From: Octopus sinensis
Lineage: Eukaryota
Assembly (NCBI RefSeq): GCF_006345805.1
Contig: NC_042998.1
Span: 150,474,001 to 150,538,000, forward strand
Direction: 5' to 3'
Length of the DNA: 64,000 nucleotides
The position numbers were made by a program, and so were the translations under genes. Shown here piece by piece: positions 12,676 to 25,830 of this stretch; positions within the stretch are counted from its first letter, which is position 1; each line of letters starts with the position of its first letter. The notes beneath the pieces were generated by a model. The model worked only from the letters and a program-made list of their open reading frames with translations. It did no database searches and was not told the origin of the DNA.

Positions 12676-15399
12676 AAAAATAAAAATAAGTGGAAATTTC
12701 ATCGGTGAGTGTGCTAAATTATAAGGCACAAAAAGGACATACGAATTCACATAAAGAATCTTGCAAACCAAATCCAAAAACGAAATATATATATATATAT
12801 ATATACACACACGTAAATGTCGAACGATGAAATGAGTACTCAACACTACATTGGTGGATATATAATTTCTTTATTTGTGAATTAAGGCTACCATTGGTTT
12901 CATGGTAAGAAAAGTTGGAAAATATCCTAGTGTCTTAACAATGTTTCAAGCTGATTACATGGAGAAGTCTAATATAAATGATATGTGTGTAATATGTATG
13001 CACTCTCTCTCTCTCTCTCTCTTTCTCTCACACACACACATACACGCACACACATATGTACACATACATATACATGCATATACACACATACATATACACA
13101 CATACATATACACACACATATACATATATATATATATACAGATATATGCACACGCATATATATACACACACACGCACACACAGTTGAGTAATCTATTATC
13201 ATAGCACAGAATGCATTGATGAAAGGAAGTTCGCTGTTGTTTGGTAATCCACAACTCCAATAGTATCCAAAAGTATCCAAACATGAATGGTACTTTAAGC
13301 GTGATCTAAAACCGTAATAAGAACAGAGGAATGGATTATCTGGTACTGTTACAATTGTTTCCTTAAGGGTCTTTATTGTGACTCAAACACGGTAAAGTCA
13401 GGCATGCAGTATCCACAACATCCATCAGATTACGTAATATATTATGCAACTCTCAACTCACCTGGCTTACCAAATAAACAAGTGAGCAGTGACATATTGG
13501 TTAATCAACAGGCCATTCAAGTGAAATTTCTACCACCATTAAAGAAATGTGAAGTTGGTGGTCCTACAATCTGTCCATCACGAAGGTGGATAATGGAATG
13601 AGGTCGTAACTTAAAGAAAAGTTAGACATTTCTGTTCTTAAGATGTCATTAAACTTAGCAGCCTCACTCATTAAGGCTGGTACTGTCTCATATACTGACA
13701 GAGAGCAGGCTCCAAGCATGACACTTGATCCTACCAAAATACCTTCTAAGACAGTTGCCGCCGTTGTTCTAAGAAACTAGTTGCTTTGATCGTTTCGGTG
13801 TAGTTTTGACATTATTCTCATTATCGTTAGTAAAAAAAAAATATTTTAGTATCTTTCCGGGTCTTTTTCTTCCATTTAATTTAGTTTTACTGAAATAATG
13901 AAAATGTGAACTTATGCATTCGCTTGTTGCACTCGCATGGTTAGACGTCTCGATATGGTGGTGGTAGTCTGGTGAATGTGGAAATTTTTGAGCGTAATTG
14001 AGTAATTAATTATCCATAACATTACGAATTTTATTGGTGATAATCCTAAGTTCCATACTAGGCTCTATCGAAAGAGAAACGTTGTATGATATACTCTCTA
14101 TAAATCTAATATATTTGCAATATATAATCAGAGCAATCCCCGAGACACTTGCAGTTAAATTTTATTTTTTAGGATGCCCTGGAGTATACTTCGGTCTACT
14201 TGGTTGGACGAATAGAATTGATTTTTCCAAGTAACCTCTGTGGGTGGTGGTGGTGGTGGTGGTGGTGGTGTGTGTATGTATTTATACGTATATGTGTATG
14301 TACGTCTGTCTGTCTGTATATGCGAATGTATCGGTATTTTTGTCATTTGCATTATTATTTTGTGCGTTGCTATGTCTTGATCTTGTTTGTTTTATGACAG
14401 AAACTTTTAGTTTATTTAATGAGAAAGGTGTTATTACTAAATAGGATATTTTATTCAATATCACTCTTTGTTAATTCGTACATAATAGTCTTAAATTCAT
14501 GTTTGTGTCACAGACAGACACATTCTTTTAGATGTATATATTTTTTAATGCATGATCACAAATTTACTCAGTACTTTTTGTTGTGCTTAAGATTTCTACA
14601 GTCCCTCAATATTTCAAAATCCACCGGATTGTATATATTCTGAAAACTATGAATTCATCGACAGCTGTTGTTGTTGTTGTTGTTGTTGTTGTTGTGGTGG
14701 TGGTGGTGGTGGTGGTGGTCTCTATTGCTGTTGATGCTGTTATTTTTCTATATACCAATAAATTTGGTTATGTTACTTTTCATGGGTCCGATTCCACCGA
14801 GAAATGAGGATAAAATCTGTGTCCTTTCTCAGATAAACCACCACCCGCTGGTCGATTTCTGTCCAGTATTTTTCCTGTTAATACAACTTCCGTCACAATG
14901 TTCTAGTTTTGCATTTATGGCTGTCTATTTTTAATTATTATCTTCTTAATGTTTAGTGTTGTGTCATATAAAATGATGCAATGGCTTCTTGTTATAGCTG
15001 CAGTCATATGTCGGGATGTTGTGATATTTGCATGGCCAACGTAATAGTTAAACTAATGATATTTAGAAGTTTAATGTTGGCAGATAAAGTTGGTGCACGA
15101 CATTAGTCATCCATATTGTATTTCTAAATTTACGCTTGTCATCCGAACTGCATGCAATGACTTGCAGATTTCTGCTTTGTGGTTCATCTTTTATCTTATT
15201 CGTTAGTCTTAGTTCATCCAAAGAAAAATTCTGCTTTCGTAATATTTCAAAAGTTATGAATAAGAGCATGTATGTAGTCTTTACTTTGCCGATATATAAT
15301 CTGTTAATCTATTACACACACACAATTATACATGCGTGTATGTATGAATGTAATTGTGTGTATATAGATATATATGTACGTGTGTATACTCTTTTACTC

Positions 15400-15627
15400 T
15401 TTTACTAGTTTTAGTCATTTGACTGCGGTCATGCTGGAGCACCGCCTTAAAGAGTTTTAGTCGAAGAAATCGACTCCAGGTCATGTTTTTTGTAAGCTTA
15501 GTACTTACTTTTATCGGTCTCTTTTGCCGAACCTCTAACTTACGGGGACATAATCACACCAGCATCGGTTGTCAAGCGATAGCTGGTACAAACACAGACA
15601 TGAATATATATACATATGTGTGTGTGT

Positions 15628-15683
<56 letters not shown>

Positions 15684-15857
15684 ATGTATATGTATATGAC
15701 GGGATTCTTTTAGTTTCTATCTACCAAATCCACACACAAGGCCTTGGTCGGCCCCAGGCTATAGTAGAAGACACTTTCTCAAGGTGTGATGCAGTGGGAC
15801 TGAACCTGGAACCATGTGGTTTAGAACAAGCTTCTTACCACACAGCCATGCCTACGC
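15400..15857 (-). mobile_element. SINE family A (a further 3' half follows at about 15920-16110)
   Basis: Family head and tail motifs. Confidence 0.85.
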
Positions 15858-16113
15858 CTGTATATATGCTTATATATATATATATATATATTACAAATAC
15901 AAACGAATGTGTGTGTGTGTATTCTTTTATCTTATTTTCCTTTTACTTGTTTCAGTCATTTGACTGCGGCCATACTGAAGCACCGCCTTTAGTCGAACTA
16001 ATCGACCCCAGGTCTTATTCTTTGTAAGCTTAGTACTTTTCTATCGGTGTCTTTTGCCGAATCGCTAAGTTACGGGGACATAAACACACTAACATCGGTT
16101 GTCAAGCGATGGT

Positions 16114-16149
<36 letters not shown>

Positions 16150-16654
16150 TATATACATATAAATACAGGCGCGCGCGCACACATACATACACACATAGAT
16201 TTAAATATACTTACTAAATACAATTATGTTATTTCTCCAATCTGTGACATTTATGGCTCGTGAGAAGTTGGTATTAATGAAGGTAAGGAACCGTTTAGCC
16301 AAACTTACTGCTACATTCCTACATGGTGGAATGAAGTTTGGGTCAATTCCAAACACATGACCCAGAAAAAAATTCTCAGGTAAATCGTATCGAGAATGTA
16401 TTTACTGATACCCAATTCAATTTTGGGATATTTATCAGCCTATGTTTGGGATCGAAACAAGACCGGATCGTTAAGAGATTTGGGATCGTTAAGATAATCC
16501 ATATGGTGTGTGTCTCACGACAAAGTGACACTCATAGTTTCCTAATTCATGAAAAATGACTGCTTCTCGCCCTTGTTGTATATTACAGACTTGCCAGTGG
16601 TTTTGTAAATTTTAGTAACATTCATTTTTTATATTTCTTTTTTATTCGGTTTGT

Positions 16655-17092
16655 ATAATGGGAATCTTTTATCTTTTATCCTTTACTCTTTTCGGTCATT
16701 AAACTGCGGCCGTGCTGAGGCACCGCCTTGTAAATTTTACTCAAATGAATTGACCCCAGTACTTCTTTTTTCAAGCCTGGTATTTATTCTTTCGGTCTCG
16801 TTTACAGTGCCACTAAGTTATAGGAACGTAAACACACCAACACCGGTTGTCAAGCGGTGGTAGGGCGCAAACACATACACGAAGACACACACACACAAAC
16901 ACACACACACACACACACATGTACATATTTACGATAAGCTTCTTTCAGTTTCCATTTACAAAGTTCACTCATTCAGCTTGGGTCTGCTTGCGGCTATTGT
17001 AGAAGACACATGCACAATATGCACAATATGCACAGTGGGACTGAATCCGGAACGATGATGTTGGGAAGTAAACGTCTTACCACACAGCTACG
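16655..17092 (-). mobile_element. SINE family A, diverged
   Basis: Family head and tail motifs. Confidence 0.75.
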
Positions 17093-18164
17093 CCTGGAAA
17101 ATATTTTCAGTTCAGACAAAAGGTTTGAATGTTTGCAACTCCTTCATTGAATGTACATAACAACCAAGTGGTGCAAAGCAGGCAATGAAGTAGTTTGACT
17201 ACACAAGGAGATCATGGTAGGATTTGAACTTGGAACTCAAATAACAATAAAGAATACTGCAAAGCATTTCGCCCGATGCTGGGCATGCTCAATGTACTTC
17301 TGGATTGAAGGACGGAAGAGTCTCGAAAACATCTTTTTTTTTTTTGCTCATGGCTACACAGGGCACTAAAACAACTAGTGAAAGCATCGTACATGGCACC
17401 GAATCATATTCCTTCATGGGTGATAGATAGTTCTATATCCATGATGCTCTTAGATCAAATCTTCGACTTACTGTACCACTTTTTATCCATTCAGTTGAAT
17501 TTCACATTATTGTACCTGTCACTATGAGGCATACTCCACCCAAAACTTCTAAACCTTTCCTGTAACCACTCTAACTCTTAATACATCCTCATGTACACGG
17601 TGAATATCAAAACAATGACACACAGCCATTCTTCCTAAGTTTCGGCAGATTCGAATATGAATATGATAATCGTTGTTGTATTTTTCCTATAGAAAACTTT
17701 TCCTTTCACAAGATGTGTATTCATAACACAGTCTATTCACTGAGGTAAAGGGGATTTTGAGACACCATCATGTTTGGAACAGGTGGCGTCTCTTCAGTTA
17801 CAAGTCCCCTCCCCCACCCTAGATCAATGGAAAGAATTTTAGCTCTTGTTTATTGAAATCACCCAAACTTTTAGTTTAACTTTAATTCTTGCCCACCATT
17901 CTTCCTATCACCGCACATTAGTTTCTAACCAATGCCATTTGTTCAACCATTCCCCACCTACGTACTATCCAGATATTTAACTCCTCCCTTTTCGACTGCA
18001 TTAATGAATATACCGTATATATATACCGGAGTAAGCACATAAATGTGAAACAAGGTGGAAAAAAGCGTACTCAAATATCAGAGGTAGAGTAATATGCTTT
18101 ATTTAAAAGCATATTTATTTAAAAGTAGCAGAAATATATTTCTGCTGCTTTTAAATAAAGTATA

Positions 18165-18870
18165 CAGATTCACCTCACCCTACGTCGTTAATTGGTTCCA
18201 GGAGACACGACTTAAGTCGAATTATCTTTCTCTAGGCCAGGCTAGGCCGAATTTACTTGTCTCTAGGCTAAACCTATAATAACCATTCCCAGTTCTGTAC
18301 TTTATTTTCAATAATACATGGTTAATAAAAATCTATTTTAAGCTTACAAACAAATATTTTTTTATTTTTTTACTGCAGTACAGTAAATAAAAAGTAATCT
18401 AAATTTGCGAATACAATTTGACGGTGCTTACCGTACATTGCAGACGCTTTATTTATGAATGCGATGTGCAATAAGACGTGGTAAAATAAAAGCCTTTTTT
18501 AAGCTTAAAAAAACGAATTCAGTAATTATTATTATTTGGCAATAGTAAGAAAAAATTGAATTATTTCAAATTTACCAATACTTACATACAATTTGGTGGT
18601 TTACATCCAGTTGATCGTCAGCAACAACAGCTGACTCTGGCTGTTCTTGTTCGAAGGGGTTATAAAACCGATTGAGAGTTCATTGAAATGTCTTCTTTTC
18701 TTCAAGGATTACAAGGAGCAAAAGCTTCGTGACAAGCTCCCACAATCTTGGAAAAGCGTTGAGCATTTGGATCCATATCCTCGAACATAGAAAGACCTTT
18801 ATCGATATATACAAATGCTTGCTGCATTTTCTTAATGGTAAAGTAAATCGACTCAGTTTCTTCTTCTTCT
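18165..18870 (-). mobile_element. Tigger/pogo-like transposon, 3' part
   Basis: EEETESIYFTIKKMQQAFVYIDKGLSMFEDMDPNAQRFSKIVGAC..VILEEKK resembles the Tigger C-terminus (FT..ELA.AF...EE.DPN.ERF.KV). TIR-like end TA|cagattcacctcaccctacgtcgttaattggttcc. Confidence 0.7.
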
Positions 18871-19000
18871 TCTTCTTTCTTCTTCTTCTTCTTCTTCTTC
18901 TTCTTCTTCTTCTTTCTTCTTCTTCTTCTTCTTCTTCTTCTTCTCCTCCTCCTCCCCTCCTCCCCCATTCTCTTTCTTCTTCTTTCTTCTTCTTCTTCTT

Positions 19001-19100
19001 NNNNNNNNNNNNNNNNNNNNNNNNNNNNNNNNNNNNNNNNNNNNNNNNNNNNNNNNNNNNNNNNNNNNNNNNNNNNNNNNNNNNNNNNNNNNNNNNNNNN
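19001..19100. other. Assembly gap (100 N), flanked by (TTC)n and an RTE 5' end
   Basis: Directly visible in the sequence. Confidence 1.
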
Positions 19101-19938
19101 TGCTGCAATATCGACACTGTATCGGCTCAGTTCTCTGGCCACCAGGGCAGTTCGTCTCTTGGTGTTGGTCAAGCAGAGTTCTCACGTTCCAAGTTGCGAA
19201 AGTGAGCACCTTTGTTTGTTTTCTTCTTTCTTTGTTTCGACCGCTTGGAAAGGATCCCCGCCAGCCGCGGTTTGCTGACCAGGGTGAGGTGAGGCAGGCT
19301 ATGTTTAGGGCAACCTTTTCTAGCCCCGTCCTCATGCTGGGGAGGCGAGCAGAGCGATCCTGAAGAGGGCTGCTCGGTCACTCAGGAGGCTGCCGGACTC
19401 CACTGCTGCCTCAGTTCAGTGAGGGGCGACCACATGTCCTGAGCGCCTGTGGTGGGGTTCACGACTGCAGCTCCCAGTGTATCCTCACCTGCTACTTCGC
19501 CGTTTCCCCATCGCCACAGGACTTTGGGATGGTTGTCATGGCGTCATGATGTCGTGACATGCGCGTGACTTGGATTATAGTGAGGGTGACTTGCGCAGGA
19601 TCAGCCTCACTCTCTCGTCTGGTGCGCGGATCCAGTGGCAAGACAAAATCAAGACGACTGGGGGTTAGACCAAGATGCAGGAGCTGCCGGAAGGTGGCAC
19701 GCATGGCGCAATCCAACCGCCTTAGGGGCTCCACTCGGATTTTGGATGGCCATTGACTCATGAGAGAGTTCCTCTGCCCTTTGACAGGTTTTGTTTTTAG
19801 TCTGCTGGGTGTCCAAATCACCCTCCTCACCAAGAAATCTTGGTGGGGTTGCCAGTTTAGTCGCCAACGACCCGACCATGTAACAGGTTGTACTGGGTTA
19901 CATGTTACCAGTAGCTCCAAGCGGAGACCTGACCTCAC
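19101..19938 (-). mobile_element. RTE (BovB-like) LINE: 5' UTR and start of the APE endonuclease
   Basis: KVLTFATWNVRTLLD...RRTALVARELSRYSVDIAA (APE domain I), preceded by a GC-richer 5' UTR. Confidence 0.85.
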
Positions 19939-19962
19939 ATACATACATACATACATTACATA

Positions 19963-19993
<31 letters not shown>

Positions 19994-20414
19994 CATGCAT
20001 ACATACATACATACATATATATATATGTGTATATATGTGTGTATATCTATATATATGTGTGTGTATATATGTGTATATATATATATATAATATTCGATAT
20101 ATAGATTATATATATATATGTTCTTTTCCCCATCGTCCAAAGTGAATATAGGTACAATGTCTTAGGTACATACATGCAAATATAAACATACCTTGACTTA
20201 TGTACAAGCACAGACAATCTCATAAACACGTATATATTATATATTATATATATTATATATTGTATATATTACATAGATAATTATATTATAGGGTGTGGAT
20301 TGACCACACCAACACACTAGAAATAGATGCCAAATGGCTCTAAAAACCACCTCAATACTCCATTAGCACATGTTGTAATGGGGCAGATGAAAAATATATA
20401 AGACCCTCAAATTA

Positions 20415-20472
20415 ATTATATATCGATTTCAAATTTGGCGTTATGATAACACCTTGTTATCTTCAGTACAAT
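20415..20472 (-). ncRNA. Hammerhead-like fold with decayed helix II
   Basis: attgta-CTGAAGA-(29 nt, poor pairing)-GAAA-tcga-TA-tataat, with palindromic AUCGAU. Confidence 0.4.
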
Positions 20473-20631
20473 ATGTCAAAGCATATGCATACAAATATTT
20501 ATACATACATATTTATACACACAAATATACACCAGATTAAGTATCAGGATACTTAATCTGGTGTATTTTGCGTGTGTATGTTTGTGGGGGTGTAGTCTAT
20601 GCTGGGGGTGTGTTTATGCATGTATGAATAT

Positions 20632-20695
<64 letters not shown>

Positions 20696-20701
<6 letters not shown>

Positions 20702-21916
20702 AGATAAGAAAATGGAGAAATACATCTACATCACAATATAATTACCAGATAATACTCAATCACATACTTTATTAAACCACCACATAAGAGGACTGTAGGG
20801 TTAAACATAACAAAAGCAGAACAAATCAGTGTACATAAATGAATGAAACATAAAAAGTGTACAATTTATGTATTAACCTTTGTTGGGTACTTCACTAGCA
20901 GTATATTGGATATATGATTCCCATGGAGGGTTGCATTTACAATCCCTATCTCAATTTGTATATATATATACATACAATTTTAAAATAGGATTAAATCTTT
21001 ATAAGAATTCATGAAGTACTTAGCGTGAAAAACCTCATAAGGGGAATAATTAATAATTTTTCCCTTTAAATATATTTATTTATATTAAGGGCATTGCTAT
21101 ACATAAATGCCTCACGCTAGGAGGGACTCTTCAAGTCAAAACCACCATAATAAACATATATATATATATACAGATATATATATATATGTCTATGTAAAAA
21201 TACAAAAGCAAAGTATTTGGACTTAGCCGTTGTCTGTGCAAATAGAGACGTATATATATCTCTGTGTGTGTGGTGGTGTGTGTATGTGTAGTATGTATGT
21301 ATGTATGTATGTATGTAGTATGCATGTATATATATATATATTATATATATATATATTATATATACAAGATAAGAAAATGGAGAAATACATCTAAATCAAA
21401 TATCAATTACCAGATAATACTCAATCACATACTTTATTAAACCACCACATAAGAGACTGTAGGGTTAAACATAAAAAAGCAGAACAAATCAGTGTACATA
21501 AATGAATGCACATAAAAAGTACATTTATGTATTAACTTTGTTGGGTACTTCACTAGCAGTATATTGGATATATGTTATCCCATGGAGGGTTGCATTTACA
21601 ATCCCTATCTCAATTTGTATATATATATACATACAATTTTAAAATGGATTAAATCTTTATAAGAATTCATGAAGTACTTAGCGTGAAAAACCTCATAGGG
21701 GAATAATAATATTTTTCCCTTTAAATATATTTATTTATATAAGGGCATTGCTCTACATAAATGCCTCACGCTAGGAGGGACTCTTCAAGTCAAAACCACC
21801 ATAATAAACATATATATATATATACAGATATATATATATATGTCTATGTAAAAATACAAAAGCAAAGTATTTGGACTTAGCCGTTGTCTGTGCAAATAGA
21901 GACGTATATATATCTC

Positions 21917-21949
<33 letters not shown>

Positions 21950-21977
21950 ATGTATGTATGTATGTATGTATGTATGC

Positions 21978-22005
<28 letters not shown>
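20696..22005. repeat. Direct tandem duplication of an approx. 650-bp unit (20696-21345 / 21361-22005)
   Basis: The copies differ mostly by 1-3 bp indels. Confidence 0.85.
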
Positions 22006-22006
<1 letters not shown>

Positions 22007-22012
<6 letters not shown>

Positions 22013-22805
22013 CCGAAATGTGTAGTATTAAATATCCATCACAGCTGATTTTGCCAATCGGCTTCGCATAAAGAATATAATGGAGTGTTAGGTGACAATG
22101 TGATTATATAACTTTACGTTCATCAGTTAGCCGATAGGGAAGGGAATATGGCGCCATATTCCCTTCCCTATCGGCTAAACTGATGAACGTAAAGTTATAT
22201 AATCACATTGTCACCTAACACTCCATTATATCTTTACGCGAAACTGATTGGGGATCTTGTAGTTTTACAATTTCACTGTTTACAATTTTATTCCAAAAGT
22301 TTTTCAAATTTGATATATGGATTAAGTTTTCTATACTAATTATGAAAAGGAAATTCATCTTTCCTCTAAATCCATAATTGAAAAGTTATTAGCCTTTAAC
22401 ATTTGTAAAATTTGTGTATTTTAACCAATCAGAAACGAGTATTTTGCATATCACCGAGTCGAAAATTTCTATTTCCATAATAACCAAAGCAAAGAAGCAC
22501 CACGTGTTGCATAGCTGATTGCGAAGAACTGTTTCCATAGTAACCAAAGATGCTGCGCATGCGCACAAGGAGGAGAAGGAGATACGAGAAAGATAATTTA
22601 TTTTATAAAATCCTAGTTTAATTTTTTGACATGCCGATATCCCCCCCCCCAGATGATGGAAGAGGCAGCGAACGTGCTGTTTTCTGATTGGCTGAAAATT
22701 TTGAAAATTTTCAAACTTTGTATACCTAGAAACGAAAAATACAAAGATCCCCGATTGGTAAGATCAGCCGTAATAGATATTTAATATTATACATTTCGGA
22801 TAATA
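22007..22805. mobile_element. MITE with long imperfect TIRs, carrying a 198-bp palindrome (22054-22251)
   Basis: tattatccgaaatgtgtagtattaaatatc... / ...gatatttaatattatacatttcggataata; inner palindrome centred on ggcgcc (22150-22155). Confidence 0.8.
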
Positions 22806-23560
22806 TACCCACTCCACTGACTGATATACCAGTGCACTTATGGTGTCTTAGACGACTCACGTGCGTCCCTACTTACGTTTTTTTTATCTCTCATCCTTTC
22901 TCCAATTCTTTTCCTCTCCCCTTCACCGTTCTCTGTCTGTCCCACTCTTTCTCCCTCTCTCTCTCTCTCTCTCTCTCTTATTCTTCCTCCTTTGCTCTCT
23001 CGTTGCTCTCATGTGACCATCGGCCATCTTTCTTTCTTTTCCTAACTTGAGTTTCTTTCCTTGTGATTCAACTGCAGAGATCAGACGCATTCTTGTCTGT
23101 CTCCTGTCCAAGCTTGTTCCTCCGCGTTCGCCACCTCACCTCCTTTAGGCTTAGCAGCCCTTCCTGTTTGTTTTCACTATCCTGTTTTTGTTACCAATTT
23201 TGACCCTCTACAAAATATAAAATTTCATTTAATTTGCTTTGCTGGAGCAACTGTTCTGTCGAAGGTATGTCTTGTAGTGAATTGCTGGAAATACGGAATA
23301 GAAAAACAGCCGACAACTGATGAAGGTTCGTTCTTTATGTTGCTTGACTTGTTTTCCATTTGTGTCTTTCGTTGTTCGAAAAAAAGTTTCATATTCTATG
23401 TATTCGTATTTCGCATTTCATGTTGTTTTCATATTTCATGTTGTTCACGTCCTGTGACGTCCTGTGCCCACATATGCATATGTATATAATGTATATACAT
23501 ATATATGTAAGTATGTACATATATATATGTACATATATATGTATATATGTATTATATATA

Positions 23561-23599
<39 letters not shown>

Positions 23600-23619
<20 letters not shown>

Positions 23620-23994
23620 CTGAAGTTGTCCGAGTATGGCAGGTTTGGTAGCCTTCAACTCACACTATCTCTTCCGAGACCCTACAGCGCAAGTTGACCA
23701 AAATTGAGAGTATGATAGAAGGCTTGTTCTTCCTTCAGTAGAAGAAAAAATTCAAATCGGACCATGTTAACACCAAAAATTATTTACATCATAAAGGTAC
23801 TTTTTTTTTTTTAAATCCCAATTTTTTACGATTTTTTGACTGCACTGCTGAGTCGCCATTTTTCAGTGTATTTCAACCAGAAAAATGTTCACTTAAAGAG
23901 AATAACAAGCTACATAATGCGAAATTTTTACTTTTCAAAAATTCCATTTCTAAAGGGTCGAAACAAACCGAGCAACGCCGAGCGATACTGCTAG
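23600..23994 (+). mobile_element. Non-autonomous Helitron-like element
   Basis: Starts tatatataaagctgaagttgtc; ends gcaacgccgagcgatactgCTAG|t (CTRR terminus). Confidence 0.6.
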
Positions 23995-24991
23995 TATATA
24001 TATATGTATGTATGTATATATATATAATTATATATATATATAATATAATATATATATATATTATATAATATATATATATATATATAAACACACACACACA
24101 TATACATGTGTGTATGCACGTATACATAGAAAGAGAGAGGGAGACCCATACACTTGTAAATGTCCTTGAGTAAAGCGTATGTATGTATACTTAGCTATGT
24201 ATAAATCCGTGTAAACTGTTTATGACTACTTACGGGTGTGTCTATTTTGTCTTTCTCTTTGTGTGTGTGTGTTTGCTTTGGTGTGTGTATGTATATTTGC
24301 GGTGCGTGTGTGTACCCAGAGACATACGTCCATAGCGACATTGACCTCTCTCTATATCCATCCACCCATCAACTCACACAAACACACACGCACACACTCA
24401 CTCACAAACACATGCACACACGAACATTGTATATATATATATATATACACACACACATACACACATTTATAGACATAAAATAAAGGACAAGGACATAGCG
24501 GAGTCACGATCAGCGACAAAACACTTTATACAGTCTGACACAGGCGGAGGGTGGTCGGGGAGAGAGAAGTGGGAATATGAGTGGTAGTGGGAGGGGCGGT
24601 ATTTATCTATTTTACTTTTTTGTAGTTGACATAATGTTTACTTATCTAACCTACTCCCTCCGATCCCTTCCGACGCTCCACGAACTCCACCACTCCCACC
24701 ACCTCTACAACTGAGGTAGCTGCTCCTGCTGCTGTTTGTTCTACTATCTCCTTCCCCCTTCTTCCTTATCCTCGTATACTGACCTCACACTATGTTACGG
24801 TCATTGAGAACGGCGCCTGTCACAACCAACATGGAGGCCATCCCACATCACTCCCCCGACATTACACTACTCCGACCAACGCCTCTTACTCCCCCTTTCT
24901 CTCTGAATAAGCACGTTCTTGTGCGCTCTCACGTATGTATGTTTACATACATACATACATGCATATACACACACATACACACACACACACG

Positions 24992-25108
<117 letters not shown>

Positions 25109-25132
25109 GTTCATGTATATGAATAAGTACAT

Positions 25133-25371
25133 ATATTCTTTTATTCTTTTCCTTGTTTCAGTCATTTGATTACGGTCTTGCTGGAGCATCACCTTTAGTC
25201 GAACAAATCGAGCCCACGACTTATTCTTTGTAAGCCGAGGAGTTTTTCTATCAATATCTTTTGCCGAGCCGTTAAATTACGGGGACGTAAACACCAACGT
25301 CGGTTGCCAAGCGAAGGTGGGGGGGGGGCGAGCGACCACACACCACACACACAAACACATATAGTATATAT

Positions 25372-25418
<47 letters not shown>

Positions 25419-25522
25419 GTTCTTTCAGTTTCCGTCTACCAAATCTACTCACAAGGCTTTGGTCGACCCGAGGCTATGGAGAGGATACTTACCCAAAGGT
25501 GCCACGCATTGGGATTGAACCT
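25133..25522 (-). mobile_element. SINE family A
   Basis: Family motifs. Confidence 0.8.
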
Positions 25523-25789
25523 TGAACCCATATATTGTTGTGGGGTGTGTATGGATCAACGAATTTGAATCAAACTGTTTGATCCATAATGTAACTCAAC
25601 AAATGTGCTGAGTGTCCTTTCTTGTTTGTTTATATATATATATATTTGTATATATATCTATATATATATATATATAGTGTGTGTGTGATGTGTGTGTGTG
25701 TGGTATATTCATATATAATATATATATATATATATATATACTATATATAATATATATATATATATGGTATATATGTATTACACACACAC

Positions 25790-25830
<41 letters not shown>

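Noticed and set aside
13200-13780. Complex-sequence stretch as a host exon (also 14940-15280, 16230-16290, 51180-51680)
   Set aside because: No recognisable protein motif and no convincing splice-site pair; left uncalled.
20696-22005. 650-bp tandem duplication as a biological novelty
   Set aside because: Differences are mostly 1-3 bp indels, as expected from noisy-read false duplication; it needs read-depth evidence.
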